Assembly (NCBI GenBank): GCA_965235115.1
Contig: OZ249436.1
Coordinates: 17,734,001 to 17,798,000 of the forward strand
Source of the DNA: Laetmonice hystrix
Taxonomy: Eukaryota
Length of the DNA: 64,000 bases
Reading direction: 5' to 3'
The notes below the pieces were generated by a model. That model made no database searches, had not been told where the DNA came from, and was given only the letters and a program-made list of their open reading frames with translations. Of the stretch, positions 13,341 to 26,069 are shown piece after piece. Within the stretch, counting starts at the first letter, position 1. Each line of letters starts with the position of its first letter. Position numbers and translations under genes: made by a program.

Positions 13341-15620
13341 GAGGGGAGGGGGTGAGTGAGGGGGGAGGGACGATGGTGGGGGAGGGGCTGAGTGAGGGGG
13401 AGGGAGGACGGTGAGGAGAGGGGGTGAGTGAGGGGGAGGGAGGACGGTGAGGGGAGGGGGTGAGTGAGGGGGAGGGAGGACGGTGAGGGGAGGGGGTGAG
13501 TGAGGGGGGAGGACGGTGAGGGGAGGGGGTGTGTGAGGGGGAGGGAGGATGGTGAGGAGAGGGGGTGAGTGAGGGGGGATGGTGAGGAGAGGGGTTGAGT
13601 GAGGGGGGAGGATGGTGAGGAGAGGGGGTGAGTGAGGGGGGAGGATGGTGAGGAGAGGGGTTGAGTGAGGGGGGAGGATGGTGAGGAGAGGGGGTGAGTG
13701 AGGGGGGAGGATGGTGAGGAGAGGGGGTGAGTGAGGGGGGAGGATGGTGAGGGGAGGGGGTGAGTGAGGGGGGATGGTGAGGGGAGGGGGTGAGTGAGGG
13801 GGGGATGGTGAGGGGAGGGGGTGAGTGAGGGGGAGGGAGGACGGTGAGGGGAGGGGGTGAGTGAGGGGGAAGGAGGACGGTAAGGGGAGGGGGTGAGTGA
13901 GGGTGAGGGGACGGGGTGTGTGAGGGGGGGAGGACGGTGAGGGGAGGGGGTGAGTGAGGGGGGATGGTGAGGGGAGGGGGTGAGTGAGGGGGGGATGGTG
14001 AGGAGAGGGGGTGAGTGAGGGGGGAGGATGGTGAGGGGAGGGGGTGAGTGAGGGGGGATGGTGAGGGGAGGGGGTGAGTGAGGGGGGATGGTGAGGGGAG
14101 GGGGTGAGTGAGGGGGGGATGGTGAGGGGAGGGGGTGAGTGAGGGGGGAGGATGGTGAGGGGAGGGGGTGAGTGAGGGGGGATGGTGAGGGGAGGGGGTG
14201 AGTGAGGGGGGGATGGTGAGGGGAGGATGGTGAGGGGAGGGGGTGAGTGAGGGGGGATGGTGAGGGGAGGGGGTGAGTGAGGGGGGGATGGTGAGGGGAG
14301 GGGGTGAGTGAGGGGGATGGTGAGGGGAGGGGGTGAGTGAGGGGGAAGGAGGACGGTAAGGGGAGGGGGTGAGTGAGGGTGAGGGGAGGGGGTGTGTGAG
14401 GGGGAGGGAGGACGGTGAGGAGAGGGGGTGAGTGAGGGGGAAGGAGGACGGTAAGGGGAGGGGGTGAGTGAGGGTGAGGGGAGGGGGTGTGTGAGGGGGA
14501 GGGAGGACGGTGAGGGGAGGGGGTGAGTGAGGGGGGAGGGAGGATGGTGAGGGGAGGGGGTGAGTGAGGGGGAAGGAGGACGGTAAGGGGAGGGGGTGAG
14601 TGAGGGTGAGGGGAGGGGGTGTGTGAGGGGGAGGGAGGACGGTGAGCGGAGGGGGTGAGTGAGGGGGGAGGATGGTGGGTGAGGGGGTGAGTGAGGGGGG
14701 AGGATGGTGGGTGAGGGGGTGGGTGAGGGGGAGGGAGGACGGTGAGGGGAGGGGGTGAGTGAGGGGGATGGTGAGGGGAGGGGGTGAGTGAGGGGGAGGG
14801 AGGGAGGACGGTGAGGAGAGGGGGTGAGTGAGGGGGAGGATGGTGGGTGAGGGGGTGGGTGAGGGGGAGGGAGGACGGTGAGGGGAGGGGGTGAGTGAGG
14901 GGGGATGGTGAGGAGAGGGGTGAGTGAGGGGGAGGGAGGACGGTGAGGAGAGGGGTGAGTAAGGGGGAGGGAGGATGGTGGGGGAGGGGGTGGGTGAGGA
15001 GGAGGGAGGACGGTGAGGGGAGGGGGTGAGTGAGGGGGGATGGTGAGGGGAGGGGGTGAGTGAGGGGGAGGGAGGGAGGACGGTGAGGGGAGGGGGTAAG
15101 TGAAGGGGAGGGAGGACGGTGAGGGGATGGGGTGAGTGAGGGGGAGGGAGGACGGTGAGGGGAGGGGGTGAGTAAGGGGGGATGGGGAGGAGAGGGGTGA
15201 GTGAGGGGGAGGGAGGACGGTGAGGAGAGGGGTGAGTGAGGGGGAGGGAGGATGGTGGGTGAGGGGAGGGGTGAGGGAGGGGGGACGGTGAGGGGAGGGG
15301 GTGGGTGAGGGGGGAGGATGGTGGGTGAGAGGGTGGGTGAGGGTGAGGATGGTGGGTGAGGGGGTGAGTGAGGGGGAGGGAGGACGGTGAGGGGAGGGGT
15401 GAGTGAGGGTGAGTGAGGACGGTGAGGAGAGGGGGTGAGTGAGGGGGAGGGTGGACGGTGAGGGGAGGGGGTGAGTGAGGGGGAGGATGGTGGGCGAGGG
15501 GGTGAGCGAGGGGGAGGGTGGACGGTGGGGGGAGGGGGTGAGTGAGGGGGAGGGAGGACGGTGAGGGGAGGGGGTGAGTGAGGGGGGAGGATGGTGGGTG
15601 AGGGGGTGGGTGAGGGGGGA
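13339..15620. repeat. 2.3-kb G-rich low-complexity satellite
   Basis: Variants of GGTGAGTGAGGGGG(A)GGA(C/T)GGTGAGGGGAGGGG with very few C on the + strand; source of the Pro/His/Ser/Leu/Thr pseudo-ORFs on the minus strand. Confidence 0.95.
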
Positions 15621-16340
15621 GCAATGCAACCTCTGGATCATTGTTATTAGGACTAGGCTGGGGCAAGTTCACATTACGGAGGCCAGAGGTCGCTGAGGTC
15701 ACGGTACGTCCCCACCCCCACCTCCTGTCGATATGACTCAATCATATCCTTTCTCTGCCCTGGTCACGTCACCCCTCCTACATGTTCAACAACCCCTCGA
15801 CGTTTAGAATATATTCTACATCTGTATGCAATCCAAGATGCTACTGGAAACATGCTCGGAAGTTTGAGTGTTTGTACTTTTGTCACACTACAGTAATTTA
15901 GAAAACTCTCTTTTAAAACTTGTGAAGAAGAGTCGGTGCGTTCGGAATACAAAATATTGGAATATTATTTTAATCTACACCTTTTAATGAACTGTTTTTT
16001 TTCACATTCTGTCTTTATAAACTTATATCCCGCTGATTCTAAAACAGGATTTTATCCGTGTATTGCTTCAGAAGACGACTTACTTACTCTATGGGATAGA
16101 TGCCCCTCCAAATTCCTTTCTATGCCTGTTTTTACTGTTCAAACGTGGACTTCGAATGAAGACGCAACCGTCTGTTCACCCAGGGCTGAACTTCACTCCG
16201 CCATTCTAGAAATTTGAGGGGAAATAACTCCTCACAAACAGGACAAGAAATATGTCACATTACCGGAGATCTCCAATTGTTATGTTCATTACATTCTCAT
16301 ACGCAATCATTAGTCCGGATTACAAGATATGTAGCAATAA

Positions 16341-16639
16341 CAACAACGCTCCAGGTGGGCGTGATTGTCAGTGCATCCATGCAGGCTCTGTCAGACCCAA
16401 CAACGCTCCAGGTGGGCGTGATTGTCAGTGCATCCATGCAGGCTCTGTCAGACCCAACAACGCTCCAGGTGGGCGTGATTGTCAGTGCATCCATGCAGGC
16501 TCTGTCAGACCCAACAACGCTCCAGGTGGGCGTGATTGTCAGTGCATCCATGCAGGCTCTGTCAGACCCAACAACGCTCCAGTTAGGCGTGATTGTCAGT
16601 GCATCCATGCAGGCTCTGTCAGACCCAACAACGCTCCAG
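16341..16639. repeat. Minisatellite, 57-bp unit, about 5 copies; last unit resumes at 18551-18600 after the transposon
   Basis: CAACAACGCTCCAGGTGGGCGTGATTGTCAGTGCATCCATGCAGGCTCTGTCAGACC repeated. Confidence 0.93.
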
Positions 16640-17010
16640 CTGGGGCCCGTTTCATAACTAAGTTGGTGCGCTCGCTAAGGTCTAAAACGCGGTTAATCGA
16701 CCAAAAACGCGTTAAACCGTTGCATAACTAGTAAAGCGGGCGTTTACTTGCGAAATTTTGCGTTATTTCCGCGTTAAATGGATTTTTTTAGCGCGGATGA
16801 AAAAGGTGCGGATTAAGTCTTCGCTAACTGATTTATCGCTAATTAACGAGAGTATCGTTAATTAACACATTATTTACACTGAGCACATCAACAAATATGG
16901 CGGCTAGGTCAGTGCAATACCAACGTAATGCCATCCAAAATCCTGATATTGTGGATAATGAAGATTGTATGTCATATATTATATGACATGAAATATTTGT
17001 CATTATTCAC

Positions 17011-17252
17011 AGATGTCTTGATGGCAGTGCATGGGGGTACCAGAGTGACCCGGGGACATCTAGTATAGGATTGTATTGGCAATAACATGTCTTCACAATT
17101 TTGCAATTAATCGCGGGATACCAATAATTATACATGCCTCCTCCTCTCTATCTAGCCGTCATTTAGCAGAGGCTCAACAAGGAGACAGGGGGCAGACAAT
17201 GAATCATCGCGGTTTGCATATCAGAGAACCTGTCATTCAAACATTTAGATAA
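17011..17252 (+). pseudogene. Harbinger (HARBI1-like DDE) transposase C-terminal remnant, frameshifted
   Basis: My translation gives RCLDGSAWGYQSDPGTSS / 2-nt frameshift near 17065 / RIVLAITCLHNFAINRGIP...GLHIREPVIQTFR*, matching the Harbinger/HARBI1 C-terminal RCLDGS...SS.IILAC.vLHN motif. Preceded by acceptor-like TTATTCACAG; possible original start MAARSVQY at 16897. Confidence 0.8.
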
Positions 17253-17370
17253 TAGCCCCCCCCCTATATTTTCTTGCAATGAACACACTACATACAGTTC
17301 GTGTCACCAACACATATATTGTATTTAAATTTTAGCAACGCTTGGTTCGTTTCCTTGTAGGATAGGGACC

Positions 17371-17966
17371 ATAGGCGTGGGAACCATATTTTCATTGGAG
17401 GGGGGGGGGGGACTTGGGCATGGCCCGGCAAAGCGCCCGAGGGGGGGGTTCCAAAGCCCCCTTGTCAACCAATGTCTCTTTTTCCCCGATAGAAACCTGA
17501 ATTGACCGTGCTGACCCCTCCCCCTTAGCAAATTTTACCTCTGAACCCCCCCCCCCCTTACAAAATCCTGGACCCCCCCCCCCCCGCATCACTGCAGTGC
17601 CTTTATCAAATATGCACCAACAAGTAAACTTTGTCTCCTTACTGCTGCCACTGAATAGGACATCAAAATATTGTGATGCTCGGAATCCATTTTTGGTTTC
17701 CTGGCAGTGCGGCATATCTCTGTTATTAAAATATAACTGGCAAATAATAGGGAGGGGGCGAAACTCAATCTAATTAAAATGAGAGCTTAGTTATATCACA
17801 TGTGTTCCATACTATATAGGTATGGAGCGGAGACAGCACTGGCACAACCGATGACGCGGAATACCACTAACTAATTTTAATTAGATTGGGGCGAAACAAT
17901 ATTATTCCCGCCAATACAAAGTTGGGGAATCGCCACCTTGCCCCCACCCCTCGGTTCCAACACCTG
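17371..17966. mobile_element. Degenerate poly-G/poly-C MITE(s) nested inside the Harbinger element
   Basis: TAGGCGTGGGAACC at about 17372 pairs imperfectly with GGTTCCAACACCTG near 17953-17966; homopolymer G/C runs as in the other CAG-type MITEs; TSD not identified. Confidence 0.35.
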
Positions 17967-20230
17967 GCACAACGGAGGTGAGCCCTAGCTGTGTTTGTGA
18001 ATCCTCTGCCACCAAAACTTGGCCCGTAAGCGTTGGCGCTACAAAATAACAGTAATCATAATATTATGATAACACAGATTCCGAGATGACTATTGGGGGC
18101 GCATGACTAAAACCTGATGACAATATATTATTCTGGAAAGAACGTTCCTCTCCTTTCACATCCGCGTCCTCTGACGAAATGTACGAGATTGCACTACTAA
18201 GCATTATACTCACCTCTTCACACTAGAACATTTTGGGGATGATTGGGGCCTCCTTAAGCTGATAATCTTCTACTAAATCTTGTAGTACGCAATCGAACCG
18301 CAAGGTGGTGATTGGTGGCGCAGCCCTGGTATGATCTCTAAATTTAATATTTTTCGCAAGCACAAGCGGCCTTTTCAGCGTTAAATCACGAATGCGTATA
18401 TTAACGAACCCAACGTACATCTTTTTACGCGCGATCATTTTACGAGTTATGAAACGGCGTTACGCAAAATGCGTTAAACTTCGCGCTAGTATATAAACGA
18501 GCGCGTACTAATTAACGCATTTTCTTAACGAGTTATGAAACGGGCCCCAGGTGGGCGTGATTGTCAGTGCATCCATGCAGGCTCTGTCAGACCCAACAAC
18601 CCCTAGTTTATTTTACTTTCAAACGTCACCGCTCACTACGTTTCCTATGTGTTACAGGTTGATACCACAATAATGGTGTACTCGGGTATGAAAGATTCCG
18701 TCTCATTGTCTGACTCTATCAGTAAAAACTAAATTATATTTGACAATGAGAAAATGGCAGGGTTGGTCAACGTCCTCGAGCGGACGGTGTAAACACGTCG
18801 TATGCAAATTATAGGGTATTGGCTTCATTAGGGCCCTGCTTTCTTTGGTAAAGGTGTTATTGTTCTGGCTATTGTTTCATTTTCTCCCGCCTTTACAGAG
18901 AAATACACAGGGGCATTGATCGAAACATGCGTGTAGGATTATGTAGAAAGTTTTTGGTTTGAATCTGAGAAACGAATTGTCGCTCATACACAAATCTGTT
19001 GAAGGGTGGTTAGGGCCTGAGATCGCAAAGTGAGGCCTCGTGTTGTCTATGAAGAAAGTGCCGACGTGTGAATAACTTTCCATCGTGTAACATGAATGCG
19101 TGTGTAAGATATTGGCTGATAGCGTGTTAAACATGCAGGTCATAGCTGTAATAGTTCACGTCAAGTTCAGTTGGAATCTCACCTGTTCAACTGTATCACT
19201 TGGCGCAGGTCAAGGTTCAGATGGGTATTCAAGTGTCTTTAAGCAAAATATGTCTGCTTAAAAATTCTGGCATGCTAATATTGTCCAATACCGTATTCCA
19301 GATAAAACTCCGCGTTGATTACGATAAAAGTGCATAACATAATCATAGAAGATTACCAGACTGGCGTCTATAATTGAATTGTGACGTGTGGACGTCCTGG
19401 TGACCTCATGCAAGTTGTATCTGTTTTTGCACCAAGTGTTGTTTTAGTCTTTAGACCCAAGATATTGCCAGTCATTATAGGCGTGGTGATTGTGAGACCT
19501 TGACCATGTCACGCGGACTGTGTTAATCATGTTAATTTCAGTCATTATGTGTCATTAACGGTTTTACAAAGCTGAATCTGGCCAGAGTCAGACGGGGGCG
19601 CCAATTGTGGCTATAAACTGCCCATTGACGCCATCATAAGCCGTCAAATGGCGGCATTGTCACGAGTCGCGCTACACCCATTGGGATCGTGACCGGACTG
19701 ACCTTACACAGAAATTACCCAGTGGTCAACTGGCGGGTGCTGACCTCCTGACCCCTGGTCAATATGCTGAATCATAACGGATGTTGTGTCACGAGGTCAG
19801 CTCCATGGTAACATGGCGTTTCTCGTGAAATAATTGCCAAACGCTGTTCGTATGGAGAGCAGTGAATGGGTCGAAATGACCCTGCACTTAGACCGTCGAA
19901 CTCAACCCTCCCAGGATTAACCAAATGACCCCCCGCCTACCGTGGGCTGATCTCCTGGCCAGTTACATCTCACTGATGGTGACACGACCTGGGTCACGTC
20001 ATGAGGTCATGTGAGCAGGAGCTGCGTGCGGTTTGAGAGTAGTATAATCCAGGAGTTGGTGGGGGGGGGGGGGGGGTGTCATGTTGAGGGGTGGAGTATC
20101 GACTCCCAACACGTTCAGATACATCACCTTCAGCTTGGGACGGACTCTATATACTTCCTGTAGAATGTGGGCGGATTCATCCCGAGTTTAGGCAGAGATG
20201 TTCCTTCCGGACTGCCACCCCACCCTCCTG

Positions 20231-20836
20231 CCCTATCACCCCGGTCATAGCAAGCTGATCCCTCCTGCCCGGCGGACCGTCCCTATCACCCCGGTCATAG
20301 CAAGCTGATCCCTCCTGCCCGGCGGACCGCCCCTATCACCCCGGTCATAGCAAGCTGATCCCTCCTGCCCGGCGGACCGCCCCTATCACCCCGGTCATAG
20401 CAAGCTGATCCCTCCTGCCCGGCGGAGTGTCCCTATCACCCCGGTCATAGCAAGCTGATCCCTCCTGCCCGGCGGACCGTCCCTATCACCCCGGTCATAG
20501 CAAGCTGATCCCTCCTGCCCGGCGGACCGCCCCTATCACCCCGGTCATAGCAAGCTGATCCCTCCTGCCCGGCGGACCGTCCCTATCACCCCGGTCATAG
20601 CAAGCTGATCCCTCCTGCCCGGCGGACCGTCCCTATCACCCCGGTCATAGCAAGCTGATCCCTCCTGCCCGGCGGAGCGTCCCTATCACCCCGGTCATAG
20701 CAAGCTGATCCCTCCTGCCCGGCGGACCGTCCCTATCACCCCGGTCATAGCAAGCTGATCCCTCCTGCCCGGCGGACCGTCCCTATCACCCCGGTCATAG
20801 CAAGCTGATCCCTCCTGCCCGGCGGACCGTCCCTAT
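20231..20836. repeat. Minisatellite, 50-bp unit, about 12 near-identical copies
   Basis: CCCTATCACCCCGGTCATAGCAAGCTGATCCCTCCTGCCCGGCGGACCGT repeated. Confidence 0.95.
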
Positions 20837-22959
20837 TAAGCAAGCTGATCGGAGGACAGCACAACTATATAATTGCACAACTATATAGTTCACTGGCTAT
20901 AAAAGATGGAAGGGGTTTTCTTTACCAAAAGGCGAGGAGGGGAGTATATTTTATTAATATATTTTATTAATAAAGAGCTGGATTCTCCTTATCTCACAAT
21001 AGGTCTAACGAAACATCACTACATGTTTGATTAATGAGACAGATATATTTTTCGGAAGTTCAGTTAAGTGGCACTCAAACTTGAGACCCTAATTATGCAT
21101 CAGTTGGTTTTATGTGGAAGGAACCCCATTAAAATCCATACCCAATGATCCCAGAAACCGGTTGGAATGAAGCTTTAAGTTAGTATAGGCCTTTGTATGT
21201 ATAAAGGTCTCTAGTTTCTATGCCCTGTGTTTTATTGAAAGTACATAGGCCATATAACTGAAACTAACTATTCCCAAGAACCTTTCAGTGCTTACTGTGC
21301 CGTCGTTTTGACCAAGAAGTTGTAGAAGGCGAGCAGAAAGTTATGATGAAGTATACAGTGGCATGGGTAGCCTGCTTACTGACGACGACAGCCTGCTTCT
21401 ACCCTTCTTATCTTCATCCCCAGCTACCAATCCCAAAGTTTTATAGTCCATATTTTGCTGCTCTAGGTGTTCAAATGCATACGATCTCCGCGTATCCATC
21501 ACTGGGACTGAACGAGAGTACTTTCCAATTACAGCTGTCGGTCGGTTGTTGGTCTGCTAGGATTGCTTGACGACAGCGGGAGTTATTGATGTCCTGGGCG
21601 TGATGACTACAGACCCCCACCCCCGTCCCCCCTACCACACACACATAATCAGTGTCATATTGAAGCGCCCTCTATGGCTAAAGTAGCCTGTGGCCCAGCC
21701 GAGAAGTGACCCTTCATATCCACGCCAAGGTTTCTGACATGCGACTGGCGAGAAATGAAAAATATGCTTCCGTGCACTCCATCAGTGATCAGAGAAAGCT
21801 GTACGACCACCGCCTCACCAACCTAACAATTTGTGCTGCAGATTCTTGAGAAGTATGCCATTTAAAAAACTACTCCATTATATGTTTGCTTTTTGTCGTG
21901 TAGGTAAAAGAAAAACCATGCTGGCATGAACCTAGGAGAACAACTCCGTCGTTTTCTCAGCCCCCCACCCCCGGCTGTCCCGTTGTGAAGCTCTCAGTGT
22001 TATGACAACTTGGACCTGCAATCGCTACCTTCCAATCAAGGAGCGCAGGACGACAGGTAGGCGCTCTTTCTTCGCATTTTCAAAAGATTAGTTTCTACCC
22101 CATGCGCTGCGAGTGTTTTTACACACGGTATGAAAGTATTAATATATTACTTATTATTCTCATTGTCCGTTAGAGGTCAGATCAACAGGCTCGACCTTAT
22201 CACGTGTAGGTATATTTTAATAATATTTTTTTTAACAAATAAACATCGCCAATCTCTTTAATTGCATGGAGCTTGATTTACATATTTTGGGTTCCACGAG
22301 GGACAGAGGGTGGGAGAGGGACAGTGGAGTCTCCGCCAGATCCGAAAAATTGACTTAATAAAATATAGGTCTCTAGCCATAATGATGGTATCCGTTAGCT
22401 GTCCATAATGTCCCATCCATTGGAATACCTCGTGTTCCGTGTACTATAGGCCTCACCTTATGTGTACATCTCTGTGCCTCCTCACCCTTCACCCCCCCCC
22501 CGGTAACCCCCTGACAACCCCCCACCCCCGACCAACCCCGCTCTCTGTAGCCCGTCCGCCTTCCTCCACTGAAGTCGTATGCATCACCTGTGATTATCTG
22601 CCCTGGCAAGTCGTGGATTAACATGTCTGCTCTTAATCCACCGTACAATTAATCTGGATTATGTCTCCTCACCCCTCCTGGCCTGATCTCGAGCTTTTCC
22701 AAATCCGAATGACCTTGAATTAGTGGGAGGTTAAGCCAGACTTTAGGCAAGGTCGGAACAGTCTTATTGAGGTCGAAAGGTTGGGAAAAGTCTGACAGCC
22801 ACCGGCATGTTGTGTCACAGATACTTTTTTGAGCGACTGCCTCGGTTAGTTCTCTGGGCGAGTGTTACATACTCTTGTTTTTTTGGGTTGTTATATAGCT
22901 CTCCTGGTGAATCTTGCGGAATAGTTCCATATGTGAACTGTCATCAGATCTTCTACCAG

Positions 22960-23218
22960 AGAATCACCCCTGACGTCAGACACGACGTCATGCTCACACT
23001 ACCTACCTCCGACTGCCCGATGATGATGATCAGTGAAAAGTCTGACACTGTCAGACTTTCCTCAGACTCACCGACCCTCCGATATTGCTGCGACCATCGT
23101 ATCGTAAATGTGATCACACTACACGACCTTGTGCTCACACGGCCCGATATTTGGTCCGATATGTCTCCGATGTCGGGCGGTCGGAGGATCGGAACGAAAT
23201 ATCGTTCCGTGTGACACC
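22960..23218. mobile_element. Possible MITE fragment with repeated CACAC/CCGA motifs
   Basis: Local palindrome CACACGGCCCGATATTTGGTCCGAT...ATCGGAACGAAATATCGTTCCGTGTG; left end unclear. Confidence 0.35.
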
Positions 23219-23935
23219 GAGATAGGACGGAGAAGGTGGGTCCGGGAGAGAGTCGGCCTACATGAGTGAGTGAGGATGTGAGTGAGTGGGGGAATGAGTG
23301 CGTGGGGAGTGAATGAGTGAGTGGGGGAGTGAGTAAATGGGGGAGTGAGGAGTTTGCACGCCATGATGTCACGACCAAACCGGAAGTCAATAAGGAGAAA
23401 ACAAAAATACTTCGTTCAGCCGGGTTAAAGGTTAAAGGTTAAAGGTGACACGTGACTTTATTATATAGTTGACCTCAACACATGGGTCAGTTGTGTTGTT
23501 GAGGGCTGGAGTCGGAGAGGTTGGGGAGGGTGTGTGAGGGCAATGAGGGGGTGCTGGCAGAGTAAGAAAATGGTGAGTTTTGATAGAATCGTACATCCAG
23601 CGAGAACAGTTTTCTATAAGAAGGTATATTTTAATGACCCACAACAGACCTGCCACCATGTAAAATCCAGTCATCCTGACGCAGATTCAGAGGACATTCC
23701 TCCAGAAACAACCTAAACCATTTTATTTTATTTTTAATTATTCATCAAAGTCGTGTCCCGTGGATAGAAGCTACGGGCCCCTAATGCATACACATGTAGG
23801 TGGGGGAAATTATGTTATTTCGTTCCCACAAAATGATTTCGAGGGAACGAAATAATGTATATTTTTTACACTCATGCCCCCTTAGAGGCTCTGTCAGAAG
23901 CTGGGCGATGGTCTCAGATACCATGGGGACTTACA

Positions 23936-24659
23936 GAAGACTGCCCATGGCACCACACCCGACCACGTGAAGACTGTCCATGGCACCACACCCGACCACG
24001 TGAAGACTGTCCATGGCACCACACCCGACCACGTGAAGACTGTCCATGGCACCACACCCGACCAGGTGAAGACTGTTCATGGCACCACACCCGACCACGT
24101 GAAGACTGTCCATGGCACCACACCCGACCACGTGAAGACTGTCCATGGCACCACACCCGACCATGTGAAGACTGTCCATGGCACCACACCCGACCACGTG
24201 AAGACTGCCCATGGCACCACACCCGACCAGGTGAAGACTGTTCATGGCACCACAACCGACCACGTGAAGACTGTCCATGGCACCACACCCGACCACGTGA
24301 AGACTGTCAAAGGCACCACACCCGACCAGGTGAAGACTGTCCATGGCACCACACCCGACCACGTGAAGACTGCCCATGGCACCACGCCCGACCAGGTGAA
24401 GACTGCCCATGCACCACACCCGACCACGTGAAGACTGTCCATGGCACCACACCCGACCACGTGAAGACTGTCCATGGCACCACACCCGACCACGTGAAGA
24501 CTGTCCATGGCACCACACCCGACCACGTGAAGACTGTCCATGGCACCACGCCCGACCACGTGAAGACTGCCCATGCACCACACCCGACCACGTGAAGACT
24601 GTCCATGGCACCACACCCGACCACGTGAAGACTGTCCATGGCACCACGCCCCACCACGT
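23936..24659. repeat. Minisatellite, 33-bp unit, about 22 copies
   Basis: GAAGACTGTCCATGGCACCACACCCGACCACGT repeated, with two 32-bp variants. Confidence 0.95.
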
Positions 24660-25118
24660 CACATCACCAAACACTGAGTACAATTCTGTATACCCTCTAT
24701 ACCTTAATTCCAGGACTAGAATTAAAGATGTTAGAAACTCACTTTTGCCGACCTTGGCCTAAATGTCTTCTGGTTGGACCCAGTGCCATATCAAAGCGAG
24801 CCACCCGGGTCCCTCTCATTACATCTACTGAAGCCTCGGATCTCATTCAAATTAGATGCTGGACGGTGACTTTATTCTACTTCAAAGCGTGAGAACGTTT
24901 GATTTGACAAACATGAGTTTACGTTGGCCGAGTGTGACGACCGACTCGGCTCGGACTACGACCGCTTTGTTTATCTAGGTCACCAACTCTTAGCCTCATT
25001 CTGGACGCGGTGCCGTCTGATTGAAGGGCGGCGGACACCGACCAGCGGATATCGTGATTGGCTGATCCGCCAAGCTGGACTGCGCCTGCGCGGGGACCGG
25101 ATGATCTACGCGGGGACG

Positions 25119-25132
25119 CCACTAGAGGGCGC
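25119..25132 (+). promoter_or_regulatory. Consensus CTCF motif
   Basis: CCACTAGAGGGCGC matches the CTCF core consensus; lies in a CpG-rich patch with an inverted CCAAT (ATTGG) near 25057. Confidence 0.5.
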
Positions 25133-26069
25133 GACAGGCTGAGATTAACCATGTACGTCAGAGCCTCACTGCCGGCCAGTCGGAGCTCTCTTCATCTCTG
25201 TCAGACATATGAAACAACAAACCTGGTCAGAATCACCACGGAAAACACCGCAAATAATCCAGGAAACCAGTGATTGATACAGTCCGGTTTTAAAAACAGC
25301 AGTCACATGAAGTCGACAAGTCGGGTTTATGGGTAGGTTTTACCCGGGTACTGTTGGCGTTGGCCTCAAGGTCGAGGAATCCCTCGAGTTATGACTGGCT
25401 CACAGATACGGCCTCGGCTTGTAATCTCCATGATGAAGTGCTCACGGATGACGTTCTTGACTACTCACTGAATCACAAACGTCATTTGCAATTTTAGCAA
25501 ATATTTTGCGGTAATGATCGATCAGAATTCTTACAAAACAAAGAAAGCCTTTACTGATAAGGGCAACCTATTACTCCATATCGGGGAAATATCAGGAAAA
25601 GAGGTTTTTAATTTAGAAAAACGTATATAATCACATAACTTTATGGCGGAAGTAATGGTTAAAATTAAATTAGATTCTGTAAAGTAGAGGTAAGCCTAAT
25701 GAGGGGAACTGAAGAAGAGTTTGTATACTAAAGGCAATGATGGGAATCTAAGCAGTGCCCGTATGGTTATGTGAGCCTAATGATAACAATAAAACCAGGA
25801 TCAGCATTCGTGAGATATCAATACGAGTACTCTGTGGGTCATAAGGTCCGGATTATATCGTCTCTGAACTAATCCTCCACTCTAAATGTATAATCCGAGG
25901 GGATAATCTACCAAGGTGACTGCTTGTTGCCGATAGATGGCGTTGACTGTAGCGTGACTGTGGGCCAGCGTACTGCGCTTAGCTCAGCCTCCGTAACCGG
26001 CGGACAGACAATCCTGTCCACATGATTGGTGATTTATATTTGCTTTGTTTAATGGTTTCAGTGTACTTT

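Larger units (their letters stand above)
16643..18547 (+). mobile_element. PIF/Harbinger DNA transposon, internally deleted (1.9 kb)
   Basis: Perfect TIR GGGCCCGTTTCATAACT ... AGTTATGAAACGGGCCC (20 bp if the flanking CTG/CAG is included), with subterminal copies at about 16717 and 18440. Splits a 57-bp minisatellite unit at CTCCAG|GTGGG. Contains a transposase remnant. Confidence 0.9.

Noticed and set aside
13282..15741. 819-aa and 779-aa Pro/His-rich ORFs (extensin-like appearance)
   Set aside because: Complement of a G-rich simple repeat that has few stops; overlapping frames are equally open and no domain is present.
20231..20836. Regular repeat arrays as possible CRISPR
   Set aside because: Head-to-tail units without unique spacers, no cas genes, eukaryotic context; applies to all arrays in the window.
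23855..24762. His/Cys-rich repeat ORFs (EDCPWHHTRPR)n suggesting a metal-binding protein
   Set aside because: 33-bp minisatellite open on both strands, with 32-bp frameshifting units; no splice or domain support.
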